Assembly: GCA_002269645.1 (NCBI GenBank)
Contig: NIVC01000228.1
Location: 17,865-81,864, forward strand
Length of the DNA stretch: 64,000 bases
Direction of reading: 5' to 3'
Source: Macrostomum lignano
Taxonomy: Eukaryota
The notes below the pieces were generated by a model. The model was not told the DNA's origin and did not search any database. It was given only the letters and a program-made list of their open reading frames with translations. A program made the translations under genes and the position numbers. Positions within the stretch are counted from its first letter, which is position 1, and the number at the start of each line of letters is the position of its first letter. Shown here in pieces: positions 46,195 to 59,600 of this stretch.

Positions 46195-49100
46195 GCATCC
46201 TCGCCATTTGATTCCCCATCTATAGACTCCTCGCCATTTGATTCCCCATCTATAGACTCCTCGCCATTTGATTCCCCATCTATAGACTCCTCGCCATTTG
46301 ATTCCCCATCTATAGACTCCTTCCCATTTGATTCCCCATCTATAGACTCCTCGCCATTTGATTCCCCATCTATAGGCTCCTCGCCATTTGATTCCCCATC
46401 TATAGACTCCTCGCCATTTGATTCCCCATCTATAGACTCCTCGCCATTTGATTCCCCATCTATAGACTCCTCGCCATTTGATTCCCCATCTATAGACTCC
46501 TCGCCATTTGATTCCCCATCTATAGACTCCTCGCCATTTGATTCCCCATCTATAGACTCCTCGCCATTTGATTCCCCATCTATAGACTCCTCGCCATTTG
46601 ATTCCCCATCTAGACTCCTCGCCATTTGATTCCCCATCTATAGACTCCTCGCCATTTGATTCCCCATCTATAGACTCCTCGCCATTTGATTCCCCATCTA
46701 TAGACTCCTCGCCATTTGATTCCCCATCTATAGACTCCTCGCCATTTGATTCCCCATCTATAGACTCCTCGCCATTTGATTCCCCATCTATAGACTCCTC
46801 GCCATTTGATTCCCCATCTATAGACTCCTCGCCATTTGATTCCCCATCTATAGACTCCTCGCCATTTGATTCCCCATCTATAGACTCCTCGCCATTTGAT
46901 TCCCCATCTATAGACTCCTCGCCATTTGATTCCCCATCTAGACTCCTCGCCATTTGATTCCCCATCTATAGACTCCTCGCCATTTGATTCCCCATCTATA
47001 GACTCCTCGCCATTTGATTCCCCATCTAGACTCCTCGCCATTTGATTCCCCATCTAGACTCCTCGCCATTTGATTCCCCATCTAGACTCCTCGCCATTTG
47101 ATTCCCCATCTATAGACTCCTCGCCATTTGATTCTCCATCTATAGACTCCTCGCCATTTGATTCCCCATCTAGACTCCTCGCCATTTGATTCCCATCTAG
47201 ACTCCTCGCCATTTGATTCCCATCTATAGACTCCTCGCCATTTGATTCCCATCTATAGACTCCTCGCCATTTGATTCCCCATCTATACTCCTCGCCATTT
47301 GATTCCCCATCTATAGACTCCTCGCCATTTGATTCCCCATCTATAGACTCCTCGCCATTTGATTCCCCATCTATAGACTCCTCGCCATTTGATTCCCCAT
47401 CTAGACTCCTCGCCATTTGATTCCCCATCTATAGACTCCTCGCCATTTGATTCCCCATCTAGACTCCTCGCCATTTGATTCTCCATCTATAGACTCCTCG
47501 CCATTTGATTCCCCATCTAGACTCCTCGCCATTTGATTCCCCATCTATAGACTCCTCGCCATTTGATTCCCCATCTAGAATCCTCGCCATTTGATTCCCC
47601 ATCTATAGACTCCTCGCCATTTGATTCCCCATCTATAGACTCCTCGCCATTTGATTCCCCATCTAGACTCCTCGCCATTTGATTCCCCATCTATAGACTC
47701 CTCGCCATTTGATTCCCCATCTATAGACTCCTCGCCATTTGATTCTCCATCTATAGACTCCTCGCCATTTGATTCCCCATCTAGAATCCTCGCCATTTGA
47801 TTCTCCATCTATAGACTCCTCGCCATTTGATTCCCCATCTATAGACTCCTCGCCATTTGATTCCCCATCTAGACTCCTCGCCATTTGATTCCCCATCTAT
47901 AGACTCCTCGCCATTTGATTCCCCATCTATAGACTCCTCGCCATTTGATTCCCCATCTATAGACTCCTCGCCATTTGATTCCCCATCTAGACTCCTCGCC
48001 ATTTGATTCCCCATCTATAGACTCCTCGCCATTTGATTCCCCATCTATAGACTCCTCGCCATTAGATTCCCCATCTATAGACTCCTCGCCATTTGATTCC
48101 CCATCTAGACTCCTCGCCATTTGATTCCCCATCTATAGACTCCTCGCCATTTGATTCCCCATCTAGACTCCTCGCCATTTGATTCCCCATCTATAGACTC
48201 CTCGCCATTTGATTCCCCATCTATAGACTCCTCGCCATTTGATTCCCCATCTATAGACTCCTCGCCATTTGATTCCCCATCTAGACTCCTCGCCATTTGA
48301 TTCCCCATCTATAGACTCCTCGCCATTTGATTCCCCATCTAGACTCCTCGCCATTTGATTCCCCATCTATAGACTCCTCGCCATTTGATTCCCCATCTAT
48401 AGACTCCTCGCCATTTGATTCCCCATCTATAGACTCCTCGCCATTTGATTCCCCATCTAGACTCCTCGCCATTTGATTCCCCATCTATAGACTCCTCGCC
48501 ATTTGATTCCCCATCTATAGACTCCTCGCCATTTGATTCTCCATCTATAGACTCCTCGCCATTTGATTCCCATCTAGACTCCTCGCCATTTGATTCTCCA
48601 TCTATAGACTCCTCGCCATTTGATTCCCCATCTATAGACTCCTCGCCATTTGATTCCCCATCTATAGACTCCTCGCCATTTGATTCCCCATCTATAGACT
48701 CCTCGCCATTTGATTCCCCATCTAGACTCCTCGCCATTAGATTCCCCATCTATAGACTCCTCGCCATTTGATTCCTCATCTAGACTCCTCGCCATTTGAT
48801 TCCCCATCTATAGACTCCTCGCCATTTGATTCCCCATCTATAGACTCCTCGCCATTTGATTCCCCATCTAGACTCCTCGCCATTTGATTCCCCATCTATA
48901 GACTCCTCGCCATTTGATTCCCCATCTATAGACTCCTCGCCATTTGATTCCCCATCTAGACTCCTCGCCATTTGATTCCCCATCTATAGACTCCTCGCCA
49001 TTTGATTCCCCATCTAGACTCCTCGCCATTTGATTCCCCATCTATAGACTCCTCGCCATTTGATTCCCCATCTATAGACTCCTCGCCATTTGATTCCCCA

Positions 49101-51490
49101 TCTATAGACTCCTCGCCATTTGATTCCCCATCTAGACTCCTCGCCATTTGATTCCCCATCTATAGACTCCTCGCCATTTGATTCCCCATCTATAGACTCC
49201 TCGCCATTTGATTCTCCATCTATAGACTCCTCGCCATTTGATTCCCCATCTAGACTCCTCGCCATTTGATTCTCCATCTATAGACTCCTCGCCATTTGAT
49301 TCCCCATCTATAGACTCCTCGCCATTTGATTCCCCATCTAGACTCCTCGCCATTTGATTCCCCATCTATAGACTCCTCGCCATTTGATTCCCCATCTATA
49401 GACTCCTCGCCATTTGATTCCCCATCTATAGACTCCTCGCCATTTGATTCCCCATCTAGACTCCTCGCCATTTGATTCCCCATCTATAGACTCCTCGCCA
49501 TTTGATTCCCCATCTAGACTCCTCGCCATTTGATTCCCCATCTATAGACTCCTCGCCATTTGATTCCTCATCTAGACTCCTCGCCATTAGATTTCCCATC
49601 TATAGACTCCTCGCCATTTGATTCCCCATCTATAGACTCCTCGCCATTTGATTCCCCATCTTGACTCCTCGCCATTAGATTCCCCATCTATAGACTCCTC
49701 GCCATTTGATTCCTCATCTAGACTCCTCGCCATTTGATTCCTCATCTAGACTCCTCGCCATTTGATTCCCCATCTAGACTCCTCGCCATTTGATTCCCCA
49801 TCTATAGACTCCTCGCCATTTGATTCCCCATCTAGACTCCTCGCCATTTGATTCCCCATCTATAGACTCCTCGCCATTTGATTCCCCATCTAGACTCCTC
49901 GCCATTTGATTCCCCATCTAGACTCCTCGCCATTTGATTCATCATCTAGAATCCTCGCCATTTGATTCCCCATCTATAGACTCCTCGCCATTTGATTCCC
50001 CATCTATAGACTCCTCGCCATTTGATTCTCCATCTATAGACTCCTCGCCATTTGATTCCCCATCTAGACTCCTCGCCATTTGATTCTCCATCTATAGACT
50101 CCTCGCCATTTGATTCCCCATCTATAGACTCCTCGCCATTTGATTCCCCATCTAGACTCCTCGCCATTTGATTCCCCATCTATAGACTCCTCGCCATTTG
50201 ATTCCCCATCTATAGACTCCTCGCCATTTGATTCCCCATCTATAGACTCCTCGCCATTTGATTCCCCATCTAGACTCCTCGCTATTTGATTCCCCATCTA
50301 TAGACTCCTCGCCATTTGATTCCCCATCTAGACTCCTCGCCATTTGATTCCCCATCTATAGACTCCTCGCCATTTGATTCCCCATCTATAGACTCCTCGC
50401 CATTTGATTCCCCATCTATAGACTCCTCGCCATTTGATTCCCCATCTATAGACTCCTCGCCATTTGATTCTCCATCTATAGACTCCTCGCCATTTGATTC
50501 CCCATCTAGAATCCTCGCCATTTGATTCTCCATCTATAGACTCCTCGCCATTTGATTCCCCATCTATAGACTCCTCGCCATTTGATTCCCCATCTAGACT
50601 CCTCGCCATTTGATTCCCCATCTATAGACTCCTCGCCATTTGATTCCCCATCTAGACTCCTCGCCATTTGATTCCCCATCTATAGACTCCTCGCCATTTG
50701 ATTCCCCATCTAGACTCCTCGCCATTTGATTCTCCATCTATAGACTCCTCGCCATTTGATTCCCCATCTAGACTCCTCGCCATTTGATTCTCCATCTATA
50801 GACTCCTCGCCATTTGATTCCCCATCTATAGACTCCTCGCCATTTGATTCCCCATCTAGACTCCTCGCCATTTGATTCCCCATCTATAGACTCCTCGCCA
50901 TTTGATTCCCCATCTAGACTCCTCGCCATTAGATTCCCCATCTATAGACTCCTCGCCATTTGATTCCTCATCTAGACTCCTCGCCATTAGATTCCCCATC
51001 TATAGACTCCTCGCCATTTGATTCCCCATCTATAGACTCCTCGCCATTTGATTCCCCATCTAGACTCCTCGCCATTAGATTCCCCATCTATAGACTCCTC
51101 GCCATTTGATTCCTCATCTAGACTCCTCGCCATTTGATTCCTCATCTAGACTCCTCGCCATTTGATTCCCCATCTATAGACTCCTCGCCATTTGATTCCC
51201 CATCTAGACTCCTCGCCATTTGATTCTCCATCTATAGACTCCTCGCCATTTGATTCCCCATCTATAGACTCCTCGCCATTTGATTCCCCATCTATAGACT
51301 CCTCGCCATTTGATTCCCCATCTATAGACTCCTCGCCATTTGATTCCCCATCTATAGACTCCTCGCCATTTGATTCCCCATCTAGACTCCTCGCCATTTG
51401 ATTCCCCATCTATAGACTCCTCGCCATTTGATTCCCCATCTATAGACTCCTCGTCATTTGATTCCCCATCTATAGACTCCTCGCCATTCG
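46195..51490. repeat. 5.3-kb satellite of 30-bp (CTCCTCGCCATTTGATTCCCCATCTATAGA) and 28-bp (…ATCTAGA) units, about 180 copies
   Basis: Visible. All the DGESNGEESI / WGIKWRGV ORFs are by-products. Confidence 0.99.
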
Positions 51491-52021
51491 AGACAGTTCG
51501 AAAATTCTAATATACAACATGTACTACCTAGCTATCATGAGTGCCTGCCGCGCCAAAATGAGTGCAATAAGTGTATACAATAGCGATTTTGAAACTAATG
51601 TGCTTGTAGGAATTTATTCTACATGTTTTAGACATTTTAGACATTTTAGACATTGTTTTAAGCGCATTTTCAAACTAAAATTATTCTTAATGTTGCTGGT
51701 ATATAAGCGCAAATATATGCCTATTCTTTGCAGTTCTGCACTATGTCACTGCACTACTTGCAGTGCTGCTCCTGTTTTCTAAACTAGAAACCTACCAGGT
51801 ATTTTGATTGCCTAGAGCATAAAGTTTATGAAACATTCTTTGTTTTCTTGCAGCAGTTTGCACAGTGGTTCGCCTCAGCGGCTTCAGTCTGTGGTTGCTG
51901 CTTGAGCACTGCTGACGGAATTCTTTGAGCAGCGGCGGGCGAGTCGACGCAACTATTTTATGTTATCGGCTTGCTGATCCTCCAGTCTCTGCAGTCGGAC
52001 ATGCTGCCTGCAAAACAATAG

Positions 52022-53222
<1,201 letters not shown>

Positions 53223-54224
53223 GCTGTAAAGTTGGTGTACAATTAAAGCAAGAACAACAGCCTCATTAATATTGCATTTTTATTGTAAAACCAATGTTTA
53301 ATAATGGAAGAGTGCTCATGTGTGAATTAGGTTTGTGACAGAAGAAATAATGTGAAAGTGTAGTGAGCTAAATAGTGAAAAATCAAATACACAAAACAGG
53401 CACTGCAGTGAGTTTTAAAAATTGTAGTGCAAACAATCGCACTACAATTGTGCAAATTCTAATGACCCAAACAAGCTCATCAACAGCTTACTACTCTACG
53501 AGAGTAGCCAAAATAGCATGTTAAATAAATAAATAAATTCAATGCAAAATAACAGCCATACAAAGTGCTCTGCAATTCTAAACTGTAAAATAAACAGATA
53601 TATGTACACAAATTATAAATTACAGATTACAAACTTTCGAGCCTCTCAGGCAAGCAGTCGGGAAATTGGGAAATTTCAAACGCTAACTGTTCCTCGAGTT
53701 TTAAACATTGAGAGGAGAGACTTATACTGCTGAAAAGAGCCTGCAACGCTAAGTTCGGGAATATAATTTTCTTGCTTTATTCATGAAAACAAAAAGCACA
53801 ACATTCAAGGAAAATTCATTCTTAAAATTTTCTGACACTTCAAATCAAACCCCCGTGTTGGGGGTGGCGGCGATAGGGTTCAGTGTACACAGTGAATGCC
53901 CAGTAGGCTACAGATAGCAATGAAATGAAAGAACGATGAAATGATGGTAACCCTAACCCTAACCCTAACCACTGACGCCTCTAACTTGAATATTTTTAAG
54001 TATGGAAAGCATCTTTTGGATCTCTATTTAGCAGTCTTGATGGACTGCAATTTCATGGAGATGTCGGGTATTATTTGATGAAGTTCTGTTTCACGGAGAC
54101 GATTTTGATGGCTTTCAATTTCCCAAAGAAAATTTTGATAGATTTCTGTTTCACGGAGAGAATTTTGATGGATTTCTGTTTGACGGAGAGGATTTCGGTG
54201 GATTTGGTACCTTCAGTCAGTCAG

Positions 54225-55060
54225 AGAAAAGAGAAAAGAGAAGATAGAAAAGAGAGTAGATATGAGACAGGAGAGATTAGAGATGACATATGGGAGAGAA
54301 TAGGAGAGTAAGGCGAGAATGAAGAGGGAGAGAGAAGAGAAGAGGAGAGAGGAGATGAGAGAGGAGAGTAGAGAAGAAAGAAAGAGTGAGATGAGGGATG
54401 AGAGATGAGAGAGGAGGGGAGAGAGAAGAGGGGAAAAAGGAGACAGGAGAGAGTAGAGACGAAAGACCAGGGAGAAGGTATAAATAAGGTAGTAGAGAAG
54501 AGAGGAGAGAGATAAAATATCAGAGATGAGAGAGTTAAGAGAGGAAAGTAGTGAGGAGAGGAGAGATGAGAGATGCGATGAGAAAAGAGATGAGTGAGAA
54601 CATAAGAGAGAAGAGATTAGAGATTAGAGAAGAGAGGGGAGAAGATGAAATGAGCAAGGAGAGGAGAAAAGAGAGAATGGAGAGGAAAAAAAGAGAGAAG
54701 AGAAGAGACAGGGGATAGTGGAAAGGAGGAAAGAAAGATGGGAGATAAGAAAGTAGAGTGTGAGAGCGTATATGAGATATGAGAAATGAGAGCAGAGAGG
54801 AGAGAAAAGAGAAGAGAGAGAGGGGGTTAAGGAAAGACGATAGATAAGTGAGTAGAGATGACATATGAGAGAGGAGAGGAGAGGGAGAGATAAGGGAGAA
54901 GAGACGGGACAAGAGACAGGAGAGGGTGCAGACGAAAGACGAGGGAGAAGAGATAAACAAGGGAGTAGGGGCAGAGATGAGATGAGAGAGAGGAGAGAGA
55001 AGAGAGTCATTATAATAGCGAAGAGAGGAGATAGGAGATATGAGAGACATGAGAGTCTTT
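54225..55060. repeat. Purine-rich (GA) low-complexity tract
   Basis: Visible strand-asymmetric A/G sequence. Confidence 0.9.
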
Positions 55061-55574
55061 GAGCTATGGTCTTTGAAAAGTTTTGTAAAGAATTTGGAGA
55101 TAATTTGGAAGATAGGGTTCAAGACATGGAATTTCAGTTGATGAATATTTCAGGGAATGGAATTCCGGTGATGGGAGTTCTTCCCCTTTCTCCTCCGAAG
55201 GAGAAGTTCCACTCTAATATACTAAAAATGAAGATATTGCTTGCTTGTTCGAAATCGATTATCTCCCGAAGGGCTCAACCGATTTTCTCCGTTTCTTTGC
55301 CAAAAGATGTCAAATGTGCCCGGGACGGTACATGTAATTTTATTAAGCTCTAGCTCAATGCTAAGATGATTAAATATTCGAAAAACTGTTTTAAATGGGC
55401 TTTTTTAATGCAAATTTTATCAGCGAGAAACTTCACTACCAATTGTAAAGATTGCATCAACCCCAACTGATAAGAAAACTCACTCAGAATTTTCTATTTA
55501 AATCTATTTAAATTGCTCAAGTCTACCAGGGAGATTAGAATTCTGGATTCTGGCAGACAGCCTACCCCAGCTAG

Positions 55575-56613
55575 TATTGAGCTACATGTAATCTTCCACA
55601 TTGAGCTACATGTAATCTTCCATATTGAGCTACATGCAATCTTCCATATTGAGCTACATGTAATCTTACATATTGAGCTACATGTAATCTTACATATTGA
55701 GCTACATGTAATCTTACATATTGAGCTACATGTAATCTTCCATATTGAGCTACATGCAATCTTCCATATTGAGCTACATGTAATCTTACATATTGAGCTA
55801 CATGTAATATTCCATATTGAGCTACATGTAATCTTCCACATTGAGCTACATGCAATCTTCCATATTGAGCTACATGTAATCTTCCATATTGAGCTACATG
55901 TAATCTTCCATATTGAGCTACATGTAATCTTCCATATTGAGCTACATGTAATCTTCCATATTGAGCTACATGTAATCTTCCACATTGAGCTACATGTAAT
56001 CTTACATATTGAGCTACATGTAATCTTACATATTGAGCTACATGTAATCTTCCATATTGAGCTACATGCAATCTTCCATATTGAGCTACATGTAATCTTA
56101 CATATTGAGCTACATGTAATATTCCATATTGAGCTACATGTAATCTTCCACATTGAGCTACATGCAATCTTCCATATTGAGCTACATGTAATCTTCCATA
56201 TTAAGCTACATGTAATCTTCCATATTGAGCTACATGTAATCTTCCATATTGAGCTACATGTAATCTTCCATATTGAGCTACATGTAATCTTCCACATTGA
56301 GCTACATGTAATCTTACATATTGAGCTACATGTAATCTTCCATATTGAGCTACATGTAATCTTCCATATTGAGCTACATGTAATCTTCCATATTGAGCTA
56401 CATGTAATCTTCCATATTCAGCTACATGTAATCTTCCATATTGAGCTACATGTAATCTTCCATATTGAGCTACATGTAATCTTCCACATTGAGCTACATG
56501 TAATCTTCCATATTGAGCTACATGTAATCTTCCATATTGAGCTACATGTTTGCATATTGAGCTACATGTAATCTTCCATATTGAGCTACATGTAATCTTC
56601 CACATTGAGCTAC
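55575..56613. repeat. 24-bp minisatellite ATTGAGCTACATGTAATCTTCCAT, about 43 copies
   Basis: Visible. The HIELHVIF ORFs are by-products. Confidence 0.98.
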
Positions 56614-57284
56614 AAGGCCTCAGAGAACAGCGGCTGACTGTATTGAAGTGTTCTGAAACCAGCTAAGTAGTCAGTACGAGTAGTATATCAGCGCATATTT
56701 ATTAGTTGTCAATGCAGATGCAGGTAAAAAACACAAAAGCTTTAATCCGCAGACAATGTCAATCACATTGGGAGGTGACAGTCCAGGTCGAGACAGACCG
56801 CATGGTTTGGGACAAAATCACCAAATGAATGAAGGAGTCGAACAGCAGGTACTGAAGGTGACACAAATACTGACAGACTGCAGTGCCATCCGGGGTGAAG
56901 GCAATCGACTCAGGAAATGAAAAAGCAAAACTGACAAGCAATTCCAATTCGTAAAAAAGGCCAATAGCAGCATTTAATGGAATACTTTCCTTGGGACTGA
57001 AGAACTGCGTGAAAAAAAAGACGCACAAAACGCATGACTTACTACTTATAAAAAATTGTGAATCAGTAGTACATCACAATAAATAAATCAGTTCGATTAT
57101 GCAACAGAGAAGATTGTTGGAACTGTGACTGGGGAATGAATGCAGATTAACTGGGGACTGGATGGGACTGAAACTGGTTGTGGGGACTCGAGGCTGATCG
57201 GCTTTGATTGACAGGTGACTGAGCATTGCTTGAGGTGATCAGCAATGGGAATTGGACTGATGCAGCACAGGGAAGCTTGCAGCC

Positions 57285-58939
57285 TCAGTGGGGTTTGGCA
57301 TATAGACAGGGGAAAAGCGAGAGGCTGATGAGGAAGCTGGAGAGGCTGATGGGGAAGCTAGAGAGGCTGATGGAGAAGCTGGAGAGGCTGATGAGGAAGC
57401 TGGAGAGGCTGGTAGAGAAGCTGGAGAGGCTGATGGAGAAGCTGGAGAGGCTGATGGAGAAGCTGGAGAGGCTGATGGGGAAGCTGGAGAGGCTGATGGG
57501 GGAAGCTGGAGAGACTGATGGGGAAGCTGGAGAGGCTGATGGAGAGGCTGATGGAGAACTCCAAACGAGAGCCGCAGCCCTCATTTTTCCAGTCTTCATC
57601 TGCTGCGACGCCCTCCTCCGCGGCTGCAGCACCTTGTCGTGCCTGACGAACAGGCCGTGCCGGGCCCTGCACCTGAAGTACTTGACGCCCTTCACCGAGC
57701 CGTCGTTGCGGCCCTCGGGCTGGTTTAGTTCCACCCCCACCCAGGTGCCCGCCGCGAACTGGGTGGGGCCGCAGAACCTCACGTGACCTGGCAGCTTCGC
57801 GCCCTGCGGCTGCTGCACCAGACACGGCTCGCCCGGCTTCAGCCAGGCTGGCGGCGCGGTGTCCACCCTGCCGGAGCCGCTGAGGTCCTGTCGGGAGCCG
57901 AAGGCCGACGCGCTGTCGGAGAACTCCTCGTCACCACCTCCGCCGTTCGGCGCCTTCTGGGCGGATCGCTTGGGGCTCTGCAGCAGGCGGGTGAGGCGGA
58001 CAAGGCCCTCGCCTTCGCCGGCCTCCGCGGCCTCCGGCGGCTGCTCCGCCGCGGTGCCCACCGGCGGGGGCGGCGGCTGCGTCGGCGACGGAGCTTCCGG
58101 GGCTCAGCGGGTTGCGGCTGCGAGGTCTCGAGGACTGCGGAGTCCACGGACTGCGGCACCTCCTGAGAGCGGCAGGTTTGACATCCCATCTGACTGATTC
58201 CCCACTCAGATCCCATCTGATTGATTCCCCACTTCGATCCCATCTGACTGATTCCCCACTCAGATCCCATCTGACTGATTCCCCACTCAGATCCCACCTG
58301 ACCGAATCCCTCACATCCCACCTGATCGATTCCCTCACATCCCACCTGATCAATTCCCTCACACCACACCTGACCGATTCCCTCACATCCCACCTGACCG
58401 ATTCCCTCACATCCCACCTGACCGATTCCCTCATCTGACCGATTCCTTCACATCCCACCTGACCGATTCCCTTACATCCTCACCTGCTGCTGGAAGGCCG
58501 CCCACGAGGTGTCCCTGTCCAGGTACATGGACTGCGTCAGCTGTGCCCTCTCCGACTTGCTCTTCCGCATCCGCCCGCCGCAGTCCTCGTTGAAGGGATT
58601 CCGGCGCCGGCTGCCCCCGTCTCCGCCGTCGCTGTCTTCAGAGGCTGCGACGGCGCCGCGGTCGGGGAAGTCCGCCTCGCCGAGGAAGTCGCCGCCGGGG
58701 CCGCCGCGATGACCGCCGAAGGTGGCGGCCTCCTCAGCCAGCGGCTTCATGGGAGTCAGCAGCAGCGAGGACCGCGAGATCAGCCCGCCTGCGCCTGCGC
58801 TGCCTCCTGCGCCACCGCCTCCGCTGCCTCCGGCTCCGCCAAGGACTCCGGCAGGGTGCGAGGACAGCGGGCTGATCAGGGGGTTCTTGGCCGCTGCTGA
58901 CGCCGGGTTGGAAGGGAGCGGAGGGGGGGCTGCAGAGCT
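57285..58939 (-). CDS. C-terminal exons of a CAP-Gly protein, most like kinesin-3 KIF13B/Khc-73 (exons 58939-58484 and 58162-~57560, 1-nt frameshift at 58099-58102)
   Basis: Phase-0 GT-AG junctions (Q|SSAAP.., FQQQ|EVPQ). PAWLKPGEPCLV..GHVRFCGPTQFAAGTWVGVELNQPEGRNDGSVKGVKYFRCRARHGLFVRHDKV is a CAP-Gly domain near a protein end. The true C-terminus is obscured by a 21-bp repeat. Confidence 0.7.
57320..57555. repeat. 21-bp tandem repeat GAGAGGCTGATGGAGAAGCTG
   Basis: Visible. Confidence 0.92.
58180..58480. repeat. ~24-bp intronic minisatellite (CCCACCTGACCGATTCCCTCACAT and variants)
   Basis: It fills the intron between the two CAP-Gly gene exons. Confidence 0.92.
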
Positions 58940-58944
58940 CTGAC

Positions 58945-59188
58945 GTCTGACATTCACTAGTCATGCCGTCTGACATCCACTGACATTCACCAGTCATGCC
59001 GTCTGACATCCACTGACATTCACCAGTCATGCCGTCTGACATCCACTGACATTCACCAGTCATGCCGTCTGACATCCACTGACATTCACCAGTCATGCCG
59101 TCTGACATCCACTGACATTCACCAGTCATGCCGTCTGACATCCACTGACATTCACCAGTCATGCTGTCTGACATCCACTGACATTCTT
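58945..59188. repeat. 33-bp tandem repeat TGACATTCACCAGTCATGCCGTCTGACATCCAC, about 7 copies
   Basis: Visible. Confidence 0.95.
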
Positions 59189-59600
59189 GACATTTGCTTT
59201 TGGCACCCAGCTCAAATCTTTCCTTTCACACCTTTCTTTTCACACCCTCCCTCCCACACTCTCCCTCCCACACTCTCCTTTTTACACTCTCCCTCTCACA
59301 CTCTCCCTCTCACACCCTCCCTCTCACTCGCATTTCAGCAAGCCACAAACTTCATAACAAAGAATAGCAAGAGCAATGAAAAACGGAAAATGTTTGTAAC
59401 ATAAACTAACAAATAAAGGTCAAGTTACTGAAAAGCGCGTAAATGTGTACATATTTAGCCTACTGGCCATAAGTAGCATAGCGCGCTTCTAAGTTTTCAG
59501 TCTGAGACCTGAACGGGAAGGGAGAGTTGGGATTCCCTACCTTCCGCATGCTGCACTGCTACTCACAGTAGTAAGCACCTGATACAAGAGTTGTCAGTTC

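Noticed and set aside
46114-51409. Dozens of DGESNGEESI / WGIKWRGV / SSPFDSPSID ORFs
   Set aside because: Translation artefacts of the 30/28-bp satellite.
53950-53971. Telomere or chromosome-fusion site from (TAACCC)3
   Set aside because: Only about three units; similarly short arrays occur inside other repeats in the window.
55494-56605. HIELHVIF / WKITCSSI repeat proteins
   Set aside because: A 24-bp minisatellite open in several frames, with no codon-position bias.
56759-57010. Further exon of the CAP-Gly gene (SIAFTPDGTAVCQYLCHLQYLLFDSFIHL)
   Set aside because: Splice-like signals exist, but I recognise no family and cannot link it in frame to the upstream exon.
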